A stretch of DNA of 54,240 nt, counting the filler, from Jimgerdemannia flammicorona (taxonomy: Eukaryota), in the NCBI GenBank assembly GCA_003990765.1. It is 2 parts of 2 records of this genome, joined end to end, with 100 filler letters (N's around TTAATTAATTAA, not from the genome) between each part and the next. Parts side by side here need not be neighbours in the genome. Positions count along the whole stretch, not along the records: positions 1 to 27,072 come from RBNJ01000664.1; 1 more part is not named here. One strand, written 5' to 3'. Positions 11,933 to 23,431 of this stretch are shown in pieces. Under the pieces are notes generated by a model. That model was not told the origin of the DNA. It did no database searches and saw nothing but the letters and a program-made list of their open reading frames with translations. Numbering within the stretch: position 1 is the stretch's first letter; every line of letters begins with the position of its first letter. A program made the translations under genes and the position numbers.

Positions 11933-13137
11933 TGTGATAAGCCAGCAGAAAAACATACCAAGGTACTATCCAAATTAGTCACTACAATTTAGCCATATAT
12001 CATAGTAAGTATACTAGACAACTGGAATGACCATATTGTACCAACTTATATAAATAACCCAGATAGCCAAATAAGGGCACAAAGTGTTCCTAGCTGGCAC
12101 ACTATACCAGAATTTGAGATTCATGTGCCCAACAGGAAAAGCTAAAATTACCAGAAATAGCAATCTATAGTTAGCCACATAGCAACCAGATAGCAACCCA
12201 CTTGTATAAAATATCCCAGAGTCAAGAGTGAATAAACCTCACTCCGAAAAGTCAAAGAAAAGCAGAGAGCTTCCTTTTCAACTCTGGTTCACTTTCTGAT
12301 AAAAAGCCTGAGAAATCTGCCAAAGTTTGAGTGAAGAACTTCGCTGCCATTTGAAGAGAAACCCACAGCTTGAGAAGTCCGCCATCTTGTCACAAAACCA
12401 GTATAGTATAAGATGCACTTTCGCAGTGAAGCCAGTCCCTCGACGTAACTTCGCGCAAACGAAGAAGTTTTTGACATAACTTTGTCAGCCAGAGAAGTCC
12501 GCCATTTTCGAGTAATTCGAGAAGTCCGCCGATTCAGGAAGAATCCGCGTCATCGTAGTTATTTTCAAGAAGTCCGCTTGCATCCCTCAGACACAAAGTC
12601 AGTCTGTTTGACGTAACTTCGCAGTGAGCTCACATTCGCGCAAACGAAGCCAGTCTTTGACCTAACTTTCAAGAGAGATAATCCGCGCCATTCCAGTTAT
12701 TTTCAAGAGGCCCGCCGATTCAGGAAGAATCCGCGCCCTCCGCCAAACCGAGTTCTCCGCCAAAATCGCCAACTCGCCGCTTATTATGGAAGTCCACCAA
12801 GATCGTCACGCAGAAATCGCAAAACCTTTGGAAATCGCTCGCGCTACACAGAAATCGTCACGCAGAAGTCGCATACTTTTGGAAACACGATCGTTACACA
12901 GAAATCGCATAAGGAAGCCGCTCGCGCTACACAAACCGCCGCTACTCCCCAATAAGGAAATCGACCTAGAAATCGACCGCTCTATCCAGATTTGTCTATT
13001 ATACCGCTAAACACCAACAAGGATACCAGAAACCGTGGAACATTTTGTTGCTTTTTGACTAAGTAACTGGGGGCTCAAGCCAAACTACATAGCACCCCCA
13101 ACCTTGTAATTTGCCTCCATTGAGCCGGCACGTTACA
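11933..13137 (+). repeat. Family A 3' LTR (~1.2 kb)
   Basis: Starts TGTGATA after purine-rich AGTGAGAGCTAA and ends CACGTTACA. Homologous to 23432-24364 (-), 18718-19868 (-) and ~37996-38936 (+). Confidence 0.9.
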
Positions 13138-13629
13138 GTACGTAAAATAAGTGTAAAATGTGACGAAGCGGATGTGTTTGGATATATGGAAGCATACGCT
13201 TCCAAGGCACGCCATCCGCGTCAAAGTGAAGGGGCTGTTTATTGTACATAATTCTAAGGGAAGGGTAGGAGGAATGCGCAAATAGGTTGGAATGCGAAAT
13301 TGCTAAAGATTAATTGCTGAGTTACTGGCGTAGTATTCGCTTAAGTGCTGAGAGGCGACGATTACTCAGTCGCTGGGTGGACGAACGACATTGCGTGCTG
13401 AAACCACTGAAACAGGAGTCTCTCTGAAATCGGTGATAGCTAAGTTGCTTCTGGCGCAGGGGAACCGATTGAATCCGGATAGGGAAATTGTTCCGCATGC
13501 GGCCAATTTGCCGAAGTCCGCACTACGTTTATAACTATATAAAGATTTCCGATATAGAAAGAGTTTCCTTATTTTTACTTATGGGAGGAAAGATACCGCT
13601 GTTACTAATGACACTTGGTGGACATCTCT

Positions 13630-13637
13630 TATAAATA
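13630..13637 (+). promoter_or_regulatory. Putative TATA box of zinc-cluster paralog 1
   Basis: TATAAATA in a conserved context (ttATAAATACrTCCAT) shared with 21640-21647. Confidence 0.45.
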
Positions 13638-14032
13638 CGTCCATGACCGCATCACCGGAACTTTGATAACCCGCACTTATTCACCTCTTAGAAGACAAAT
13701 ATCGCAAGCGAATCGCCTCGAATTTGTTTTTGGTCAAAAAGATTAAACAACATTGTCAAAAATTCCTTCTTGGAATCCCTCCAAATATACCTCAAACTAA
13801 TATATATAGCTAGACAAACGATATGGTACGTATATACAAAATGGAACTTCGTCGACTAAATTCTGTAACGCGAAATATGAACAACGATTCACACACCATA
13901 AAACTAGGAATCCCTCTCTCAAAACCTCGAGAAAAGCTATCGTCTCCCTCCACGACTTCAGTTTCGTGTAGTATGCCTCCCTGTCTCGAAAGGCGTCTCT
14001 TCTGCCCGAATCCCATTTTCGCAGAAAGGAAT

Positions 14033-14293
14033 ATGGGTTCCCTTCAACTTCATGCCCAAGAGACGCACACCGCAACCACAGCCACTTCGATCCCTAGAAC
14101 CATTCCGTACAAGGAATGTCCAGACTTTTTGAAGAAGAAGAGGCGATGTCGCATTCATGTTACGGGCTGGAACATATAACGGAACCCTCCCGGAAATCGG
14201 TGTTTTGAATGTAAAAAAGACAAGAAAGAATGTCGAGGAATGCCCTGCACACGCTGTAAACACCTCGGTAAAATTTGCCAAATGGAAAAGTAA
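14033..14293 (+). pseudogene. Disrupted paralog of the small zinc-cluster protein gene at 22015-22548
   Basis: PYKECPDFLKKKRRCRIH, then an in-frame TAA (14177-14179), then RNPPGNRCFECKKDKKECRGMPCTRCKHLGKICQMEK*. About 270 bp shorter than the paralog, with one Cys>Phe change. Confidence 0.8.
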
Positions 14294-16969
14294 GACAGCC
14301 CTTCATTATTAATATATAGACTTTGCCACCGACCTTTTGCGAACAAAAAATTAGTAATATTTTTATATGAATGAATTTATATGATTTAATACAATAGTAT
14401 GAAGTGTACAAATTATGAGGTAAAATTTGCCAAATTTATGCATATGACATATACATAAGACAAAATTTATAATTCATACGTTTGCTTGCTATAAGATTCT
14501 TTATATGAGTAAGCTTTATGTAGATTCTTCTTTGACTGTGCGAAGTAAATTACAAATAGTACTCAAGTATCCAGTTTTACATAATCCAATTCAATTCAAT
14601 CTGTATGAGACACAGACTGTACGCCAGGAATGCACAAAATATAGTTGTGCGACGTTTCATAATGCTAGACAAACTACGCGATTGAGCATTACAAAAGGTA
14701 GTCCCTCGTTTGACGGACAAAATGATTAAAATATTTAGGTTCGAGAGCATAATATTCAAAGCTGAAACAGTGTGCATAAAATCTTTTATAAGGCGTTCGC
14801 TACGGACTTTAAATGTCACGAGACAACATTACCTAATGTACAAGCGGACTTTTAAGGTAGCGTAAGCGATGCTGGGGTGTATGTTATGCTAAATCAGCAG
14901 GACCTATTGGGATGACAGACGAAATAACACGCTCGCCAGATGAGCAGTGTTTTAAGTAACAAAATAAGGGAAGAATCGCCGAAAGCGGTAATATCTACAT
15001 GGGAACACAATAAATATTTTTTCCCGGTCGTTCGCGAAAGGCGATTCATCCTTAGAATTAATTTGGTGATTTCGTACTAGGTTAGTGACGGACACGGATG
15101 TCTGAGTGGGCGCTTTGGTGGGACTCACGGTCTCCAAAATTTTCTTGAGCTTGGTGTCCACGAGCTTTTGGATATAATTAAAGAGGAAATAAACATGTGC
15201 GTCATCTCAGCCACATTTTGCAATTTACTCAGTTCCGTTCACATCATAAAAATACAGTCCCTAACCATTGTCTATATTTCATGGTCATTCCTGGTAAGAA
15301 ATGGTAGGGTATGGTTAGTGCTGCAAATTTGGAATATAAACCGCGCATGTCTCTTTGCCTCTTTATATCCTGAAACTCGGAACATCAAGCTTGAGCAATT
15401 TTGGGATACCCCAAGCGTCCCCAAATCCCCACATCCCGCTTTATCGTAATCTAAGCGCCTTCTGAGATGACCGTGTGCGTCAATAACCAAGTACGTAATT
15501 ACCAATTTCAATGCTATGATACAGCCCCTATCGTGAACGACTTCGACAAATGTTTATTACATTTCGCCTTCTTTCCTACGCCAGCGCATAACCCTTCTTC
15601 CCTTTTCTTGCTCTTTTGAAATCTCTCTATCCGTCCAGTGTGTGATTTCGTCAGTCGCTCGCACATTCTTATAACTGATCAATTTCGACCTGCAATGCAT
15701 CCGAGATACGAATGTTAAGACAGTCGTTATCAAACGGACGCAGAATTAATAGGTCTTGCTTTGCACTCATGACAGCAATATATAAATGCCCCCACCGCTT
15801 ACGCCACCTTGTAAGTCAACTTTACCTTGGGTAATGTTATTCCTTAAAATTAAGAGTTTGTGAGGGCATACGCTGGATTGAGGGGTAATTGCGTTCACAC
15901 ACCCCTCACCTTTTACATTTGCATTGAACAAAGTACATCAGGACGTGAATTTCGTGGTGGTTCTTGTAAGACCTGAGGTTTCGCTGGTCAGTTCGACGAT
16001 GACATACTTCCGTGGACCTTGGAGTATGACAGATATGTCTTCTAGGGCATCAGCTAAATTTTTTACGTATAAGTTGTAAATAATAATTGTTCCCGGTATT
16101 CGCTGTGCATCGTTGGCCATTGCAGACATTTACTGACAATATGACCTTCACTCAGATGGATAGAGGTAATATGCCGCAGAGGGTATTCGGGTTCGTATCT
16201 GACAGTTCCTGGATCTTCGCCACAACCTGCCTATTAGCGTGAGTTATATTTCTTCCATGCACTTTTGAGAGGTCAAAGAGGGCGCATCATATGCATGAAG
16301 ATCAACATGGAAGAGGTCATTCTGATTCGTGTTTCTAGAAAGAGTGTCGGTTTCCATGCTCACTTGCTCGCACTTTTGTGCTTCAAAAACAATGCCTGAC
16401 TAGATGTTATTATTTTTCATCATAAAGGGCCCAATCATCCTGTGAGCGCCTCTCACCAAGAGACCCTGTTGCGATCTTAATTTGGAAAAATTGAATTTCC
16501 TGCACACTGTATTAGCTTTGCATATTACATTCTGGAAAATTCCTTTTTATCAATAAATACAACATAATGTCCTTTCACTGGGGTACCTACCACTTGTAAT
16601 GTTCAAACGCACAGTCGTCAACATTTTCGGTCCAGCGCGATGAAACGTTGCGTAACTATATAAAGATGCAAGACGGCTGCGATTTACCCCGTCATTCTAA
16701 TGAAAAGAACAGTCGATAGCGAAGTTTTGACACACGAGCAGCACGAAGGCCAGGGATTGCAATTGGTGGGACGTTGGTTTTGATGATGCCGTCCAAATGC
16801 ACATTGGTAAAATTTAATATTTTTAGGACCTTACCAAAATTTTCGGACATACGACAAACGGAAGCAATATAGGTATGGTTCGTTCGAACTTCATGGCCCG
16901 CTGTCCAACAGTTTATCTCAATTTGTGATTACCTACTTATAGTGAGCCTATAAACGAGGCTCTCAAGTT

Positions 16970-17160
16970 CTTTTATTTTTTATTTGATATTTTTTTAAAA
17001 AAAAATTTATTTTTTTATTTTTATTTATTTCTATTTTATATTTTATTTTATTATATTTTTTTATTTTTTATATATTTTTTTTATATATTTTTTATTTATT
17101 TTTATTTATTTCTATTTTATATTTTATTTTATTTTATTTTTTTATTTTTTTATTTGCTTT
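16970..17160. repeat. AT-only low-complexity (TTTTA)n-like tract
   Basis: Directly visible. It contains an internal duplication of 'ttatttatttctattttatattttatttt'. Confidence 0.9.
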
Positions 17161-17446
17161 ACGTAATATTTGACTCCATTAATATTCCTTTGTAATGGAA
17201 TGACGGTCCTAAGAACTCGCTCTATACAGGTGGAACGGTTCTATGCGTGGGTTATTACAGTATCGCCAATTTGCTGAATGTGACTTATTTTGTGTTTTCC
17301 TAGTAGCATATACGATCCTAAGGTAGTATTGGCATCGAGCGAACGCTGCAATGTGAGAGTCGCAAAATAATTTTATCCCGTTCATTTTCCAATTCAATTT
17401 GCGCTTTGGTCTGTGGAACAGAAGCATTGTGTTATTCCGTCTGAAA

Positions 17447-17600
17447 GAGTATGGAGTTCACCTTTCTCCAGTACAATTCACGTTACACGAACTTCAAGCA
17501 TCAAGTTTTCAACACAACTCGGAGAAAAGGTACTATAGAAATATCATCAAGCAAGAGTTCTGACGGGTGTGCTAGGTCGGGTGGACCTGGGGCATTCGGC
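17447..17600 (+). mobile_element. 5' end (5' UTR and start of ORF1) of an L1/Tx1-like LINE
   Basis: Aligns with 48481-48610 (acttcaagca...ggagaaaaggtactat...tcatcaagcaagagttctga). The terminus GAGTATGGAG...CCTTTCTCCAGTA matches the 5' end of the minus-strand LINE at 35434. Confidence 0.85.
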
Positions 17601-18282
17601 GGGCTACACGGGCAACACGGGCAACACGGGCAACACGGGCAACACAGGCGGGCAAGACGGGCAAGATGGGCAAGACGGGCAAGACGGGCAAGACGGCAAG
17701 ACGATAAGACGGGCGACATGGGCAAGACGGGCAAGATGGGCAAGACGGGCAAGACGGGCAAGACGGACAAGATGGCAAGACGGCAAGATGGGCGACATGG
17801 GCAAGATGGGCAGACGGCAAGACAGGCGATATGGGCAAGACAGGCAAAACGGGCAAAACGGGCAAAACGGGCAACATGGGCAACACAGGCAACATGGGCG
17901 GGCAACATGGGCAACACGGGCAACACGGGCAACATGGGCAACACGGGCAACACAGGCAACACGGGCAACATGGGCGGGCAAGATGGGCAAGATGGGCAAG
18001 ACGGGCAAGACGGCAAGATGGGCGACATGGGCAAGACGGGCAGATGGCAAGACAGGCGACATGGGCAAGACGGGCAAAACGGGCAGAATGGGCAACATGG
18101 GCAACACGGGCAACACAACACGGGCAGGCAAGACGGGCAAGATGAACAAGATGGGCAAGACGGGCAAGATGGGCAAGATGGGCAAGACAGCAAGATGGCA
18201 ACACAGGCAACATGGGCAACACAGGCAACACGGGCAACACAGGCGGGCAAGACAGGCAAGACGAGCTAGATGGGCAAGACAG
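17601..18282. repeat. Minisatellite of 9-bp (some 8-bp) units GGGCAA(C/G)A(C/T)
   Basis: Directly visible. Higher-order duplication between ~17780-17880 and ~18010-18110. ORFs in all six frames span the core. Confidence 0.95.
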
Positions 18283-18717
18283 GAGGCACTAATAGGGGTA
18301 GGTCAGGTGCACTAGATGCCAAGTACTTGAGGTGGTTGGGGCTCACAACCCATACCCACTGGGCGGGTAGGAGGATCTAGTTACTTGGGCAGTGAGGTCG
18401 CAACTCACACCCTAAAGGTGCAAGACTGGGTGAGTGTGAAGGTGGGTTGAGATTGGGGTGGAATAGGGCTACTGATGTTGTATGAGGACATGAAAGAGTA
18501 TGGAGTTCCGGTATTTGGGACACGTACGAACCAACAAGCGCTATTACCACTTGCTTCTCCGTATCCAACAGCACGGAATGGCTTCGGCTAGGGATACCTA
18601 AATCTGTACGTCATGCCATGATGACAGTTACGATTACTACCAAATCTGTCGATCGCGTTCTGTAGCAATATTTTACGGGTGGGAAGGGCGAGATGTAACG
18701 AAGACTTCTCAAAATAG

Positions 18718-19868
18718 TGTAACGTGCAGGCTCAATGGAGGCAAATTAAAGGTTGGGGGGTTTGTGTAGGTTGGCTTGAGCCCCCAGTTACTTTGTCAAA
18801 AAGCAACAAAATGTTCAATGGTTTCTGGTATCCTTGTTTAGCGGTATAATAGTCAAATCTGGATACAGCGGTCGATTCTGGCGGATTTCCTTACTGGGAC
18901 GGTTCTTGGGCGTAGCGGCGATTTGTGTGTAGCGCGAGCAGTTTCCAAAAGTATGCGATTTCTGCGTGACGATCGTCACGCAGAAATCGCATACATAAGG
19001 AAATCCACTCACAGGGATCTCTGCGAGTGGATTTCCAAGTATGGTGACGATCTCGTTCGTTACGCGGACGGTTTGGCGGACTTCCTTATTAGGCGGTGGG
19101 TTAGAAAACGGCGGATGGCGCGGATTCTCCTAAATCGGCAGACTTCTTGAATAATAACTCGGATGACGCGGATCGGCGGATTACTTGAAAACGGCGGACT
19201 TCTTGGGCAAAGTTACTGGCTTCGTTTGCGCGAATGTGAGTTCACTGCGAAGTTGCGTCAGATATACAGGCTTTGTGGCAAAATGGCAGATTCCTCCTCA
19301 ATTGGTGGCGAAGTACTTCACTCCAACTTTTGGCGGCAAATCTCGGGCTTTGTATCGGAAAGTGGACCAGAGTGTGAATTGGACATTAAGCTCACAATCT
19401 CCTAAAAGTGGCATTAGAGTGGGTGTTTCTTCTAAGTGTTGCAATCCTTTTCCTTTAGGATCAAGTGGCTTTTGGCAGGTGTATCCCCCAAAGTGTAGTA
19501 GGCAGATTGTCTTTTGCTTTTTGGTTTCAATTTCAGACTGAAGTTTAATCACTCTTGTCTCTGGGGTATTTTATACAAGTTGGTTGCTACCTGGTTGCTA
19601 CATTGCTAACTATAGGTTTGCTATTTGGGGGTGGACATCTATTGTCTGGCGGACATTTGCTGTACAGCAGACATCTACTGTCCAGTGGACATTTGCTGTA
19701 CAGCGGACATCTACTGTCTGCGGACATTCACTGTCCATTTCCCTTTTTGGGCTATCTGGTTATTTATACGATTTCCGCAGCAACAGGGTAACTATGGTAA
19801 TCACGTCATCTGGTTATACTATGCTGTTTGGCGCGTCGCAATAGGCATGACGGCATAGCGTGGTTACA
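18718..19868 (-). repeat. Solo family A-related LTR
   Basis: Begins TGTAACGTGCAGGCTCAATGGAGGCAAATT (reverse complement of the LTR 3' end) and ends GGTTACA. No internal retroelement sequence adjacent. 18-bp tandem array at ~19633-19737. No TSD match. Confidence 0.8.
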
Positions 19869-21639
19869 TTCCTTAAGATCATAATCAATGGTCCACATGT
19901 CAAATACGCTATGCTATGCCCCCCACGAAACCGTAACATAGCGTGCAAACTAAGAATTTCCAATTAAAAAATATGTATTTTGTTGAGACACACATGGTAA
20001 AACAAGTCCCTTCAGGAGTATGTACTCGTATGAAGGGAGGGTGGCAATGAATACCAAGTACGAAAGTGCAGGAGTACCCATCGAGCGTAGATGTAAGGCG
20101 TAGATGTAAGCGCAAGCGACGATACATTGGAGGAATTATACGGAAAATTGGTGCGTAAATGTGCCTGAAAATATGTGTCCGCTTTTCATCATGAAACCAA
20201 ACCTGATTTTCCCCCTCCTTACGCCTTAAACAAAACATTTGCGCTGAGCACTCTATACCCGACACCCAAAACATTTCTGCGTTCATTGACTTGTGATCTA
20301 ACCATTGACCATTGCCGATCTGTATTTAGTATTTACGTCTCGTGTTCCCCTACGTCGTGCCTGACCTTCCCACCTTTGGGTCAGTTTCGGCATAATAATA
20401 AGCCTGTACAAATACTAAACGGACAATTGTGATGCGGATGACGAGGGAAAAATGCGATGGTAGGTACGTGGAGTAAAAACCAAGCAAGCATTATCAATAC
20501 GTTAATATACCCGTACAATTCCAGATTTTTTAAGCACAAACATTTCATATCTCGATGGAAATGGAATATTTACCAGGCCACTTTAGAATAGAACGTGAAA
20601 TAGCCCCGACTAACATTTCCAACACCGCGCGAATGCTGGGATTGCATTCGCTTCCGCGGGTAGGCTGACAGTTAATCTAATTCCAATGAATATTTCAAAG
20701 AAAATAATTTCCGTAAAAGAACGATTCAACAAATTTCCTTTGTATTAGCTCCCGTTGATTACTCACGATGCGAAAATTAAGCCGCTAAACAAGTCGCGAT
20801 GTCTATATCACACCGACTTGAATCATATCATGCCCAAAAAACAAGCCTGCCGGCTTTTCGTTCCGGCTCGAGAACTTCGCCACTTTGAGTACGTTTAAGA
20901 GAGTGTTATTGGTCACACGGACGCAAAAACATCCGTTGTCATCTTGAAATTCAGCCTAATTGTTTGCATTACCATCGATTACAATGGGGCCCTGGAAAAT
21001 TTATTAACTTTTGAAATAGGAGCTAAATTCAACACAAATATTGGTTTAATCACTTCAGTTTCTTGTTTGTTTGTATTATGTAATGAATATTTCGTTTGCG
21101 AAATGTTTTGGCTTCCACCGTCTCTAAACACGATTATTTTTATGGTATTCTGGCTTTTCACTAAATCATTGCAACACGGTATGTATTACAAGCGTCTGTA
21201 GTGCCGTGGTTTGATTAATTCCGGGCCAGCTATTTACTTGGTCATGGTATAAAATTTGGATACACGCTTTGCCACTTGAAATATGGGACATCTAGTGGGC
21301 CGAAAATTTTGCCTTGGCGTCATTAATTCTTTGGCCAGTTGTTTGCGAATTTTTGACATCCGTCATATGATTCAATAATAACTAAATAATAATATAAGCG
21401 CAGTTCCGAGTCAAAAGTGTCGGAGCCGAGTTCTCGTGATATTATTTCTGTGAATTCAGTTAGGAACATAAAGCCATACGTTTTGACAGAATCTCTGATA
21501 ATACTCATTCGGGCGATGAAGGTACTCACAGTCTTAATTTTAATTGAAAGTGTTTTTGACTTTACCGCAGTACTGGCTAAACAAACGGAATGACACTCAG
21601 GGGACTGACTCCACTAATCCTTTGCAAACACGGACGTGT

Positions 21640-21647
21640 TATAAATA
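21640..21647 (+). promoter_or_regulatory. Putative TATA box of zinc-cluster paralog 2
   Basis: TATAAATA conserved with 13630-13637, about 375 bp upstream of the proposed ATG. Confidence 0.45.
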
Positions 21648-22014
21648 CATCCATTACCGCACCACCAGAACTATTTGATATCCCGCCCAATTCACTACAA
21701 ATAACTCTGGTGAATCGCCTCGAATATCTTTTTTGTCAAAAAGACTAAATAACCCATCCAAGCAAACCGCGAATAATTATAAAATAGCGGGACGGACAAA
21801 AAAGTACGTACAAATGGAACCTCGCCGTCTTAAATTTTTATAAAGCGGAACATAGACAACGATTCTCACATCACAAAATTCCGACTCATTTTCTCAAAGT
21901 CACGAGAAAAGTGGCTATCCTCTACCTCCACGACATCGACCTCAGCTCGTGTAGTATGCCTCCTTGCTTCAGAAGGTGTCACTTATTCCTTATCCTATTT
22001 TACCAGAAGGGAAC

Positions 22015-22548
22015 ATGGATACTTTCCAAGGCAATATCACTTCCAAGCTTTACGATGACAAAATACCGAATGGCGTCTCTACAAGTGGACGTACTCCCGA
22101 CTGCAATGACATCCTTCCAACTGGGGAATTGGATCAAAGCCTGCAAACTATCCCTGATTCCAAACAACTTCGCTTCAACTCAGAATCCATGGCCGACAAC
22201 ATACCAAATAGCGATGCAATTAATCACGAAACGCCGAAGCCATTGCTAATTTTTCGACAGTTCACGTCCAGCACACCATCTTTACCATCGCCATCAGGCG
22301 TGAATGTCAACTTACAGAAGCCCACTGAAACCACAGCCATTTTTGTCTCCAAGCCCCTCCCGTATAAGGAATGTCCGGACTGTTCGAAGAAGAAAAGGCG
22401 CTGTCGCATTCATGCTACCGGCAGGACCACGAAACGGAGCTCTCCCGGAAAGAGGTGCTTTGAATGCATAAAGGATAAGAAAGGATGTCGAGGAATACCA
22501 TGTACACGTTGTAAACACTTCGGCAAGATATGTCACGTGGGATTGTAA
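22015..22548 (+). CDS. Small (177 aa) protein with a C-terminal Zn(II)2Cys6-like cluster and an upstream CX2CX6CX2H module; putative DNA-binding regulator
   Basis: Open frame MDTFQGN...PYKECPDCSKKKRRCRIH...RCFECIKDKKGCRGIPCTRCKHFGKICHVGL*. The ATG position is conserved with the paralog (14033). Start codon and exon structure are uncertain. Confidence 0.75.
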   Translation: MDTFQGNITSKLYDDKIPNGVSTSGRTPDCNDILPTGELDQSLQTIPDSKQLRFNSESMADNIPNSDAINHETPKPLLIFRQFTSSTPSLPSPSGVNVNLQKPTETTAIFVSKPLPYKECPDCSKKKRRCRIHATGRTTKRSSPGKRCFECIKDKKGCRGIPCTRCKHFGKICHVGL

Positions 22549-23431
22549 GGCAGCCCTTAATTCTAAACGTACCGATTTCGTCACCAACCTTTTACGGACC
22601 CACTATTTTGAGGAAAAAAATGATTATTATATATATATGAATTGATATGGTTCCATACAATAATATGGAATGTACAGATTATGAGGAGAACTCTCCAAAT
22701 TTATGCATATATAAGTCAAATTTAAAGTTGAATAGTTTGTATACCACAAAACCTAAATAAAGAGGACTATATATGGGCAAAGCTTTGTGCAGATTCTTCT
22801 TTGACTGAGAAAATGTAATATTGAGATAATATACCACAGACAGCATTCGATTTCGTATCTGACACTCCATGGAACCTTTATCGCAAGCTGTCTATTAGCA
22901 TGAGTTCCATTCCATTCATACACCTTTATGCTGCTAAAGAGAGCGGCATCATCGGCATGAAGACCAACGTGGAGGAGATTATTCTGATTGGTGCTTCCAG
23001 CAAGAATGTCGGTCTGCAGGCAAGTGTCCACCTTGTGTGGTGGCTATTCGGCCCATTTGTTCGCTCTTTAGTGCTTCAAAACCAATGGCTTCTTAGACGT
23101 TATTCTCTTTCGTCAGAAATAGCGAAATCGATTCCAACCAAGTGACCATGCCGCTCTCTTAGCTTGGAAAAATAGGTTATCTGTACACTGCATTGGTTTG
23201 TATATTAAACACTGGAAACCACCCTACGTCATTTTGTCCATCACCTGAGGCCCTAATACTGGCAATATTCAAATGCAAAGTTGTCAACATTCCAGGTCCA
23301 GTGATGTACAATTATATAATGCTCGAAACTACATTCATGACTGTTGTTACGTATCCCCTCCTTTTAGTGAAGGCAAAACGGTAATCAGTGGACGAACACA
23401 ATCGAAAGTGAAGTTTTGACATAAATTATAT

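Larger units (their letters stand above)
20..13137 (+). mobile_element. Degenerate Ty3/Gypsy LTR retrotransposon, family A copy 1 (5' part outside window), interrupted by a LINE at 2433-8075
   Basis: Collinear with 40195-46829. Relics of protease (KILINTGVAIC ~886), dUTPase (~8130-8525), RT (VDYRKINL ~9247; YIDNSNIY ~9538 from YIDD), RNase H and integrase (GVDIIRPLP ~10615), then PPT and 3' LTR. Many stop codons. Confidence 0.9.

Noticed and set aside
13532..13546. 15-bp TAACTATATAAAGAT shared with 16653-16667
   Set aside because: An AT-rich TATA-like match without extended flanking homology; could be chance.
14550..16160. Short ORFs as possible host genes (also 19909-21529)
   Set aside because: No recognisable motif or convincing exon chain by eye. 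They may be pseudogene relics and need blastx.
17501..18259. Metallothionein-like or keratin-associated Cys-Pro protein
   Set aside because: It is the antisense translation of the minisatellite, and all frames are open for compositional reasons.
17601..18282. CRISPR array or telomeric repeat
   Set aside because: No unique spacers or cas genes, the context is eukaryotic, and the degenerate 9-bp unit is interstitial and unlike TTAGGG.
18815..19858. Cluster of short ORFs in the solo LTR (and at 12786-13010, 23503-24053)
   Set aside because: They lie in LTR repeat arrays and the frames are not conserved among LTR copies.
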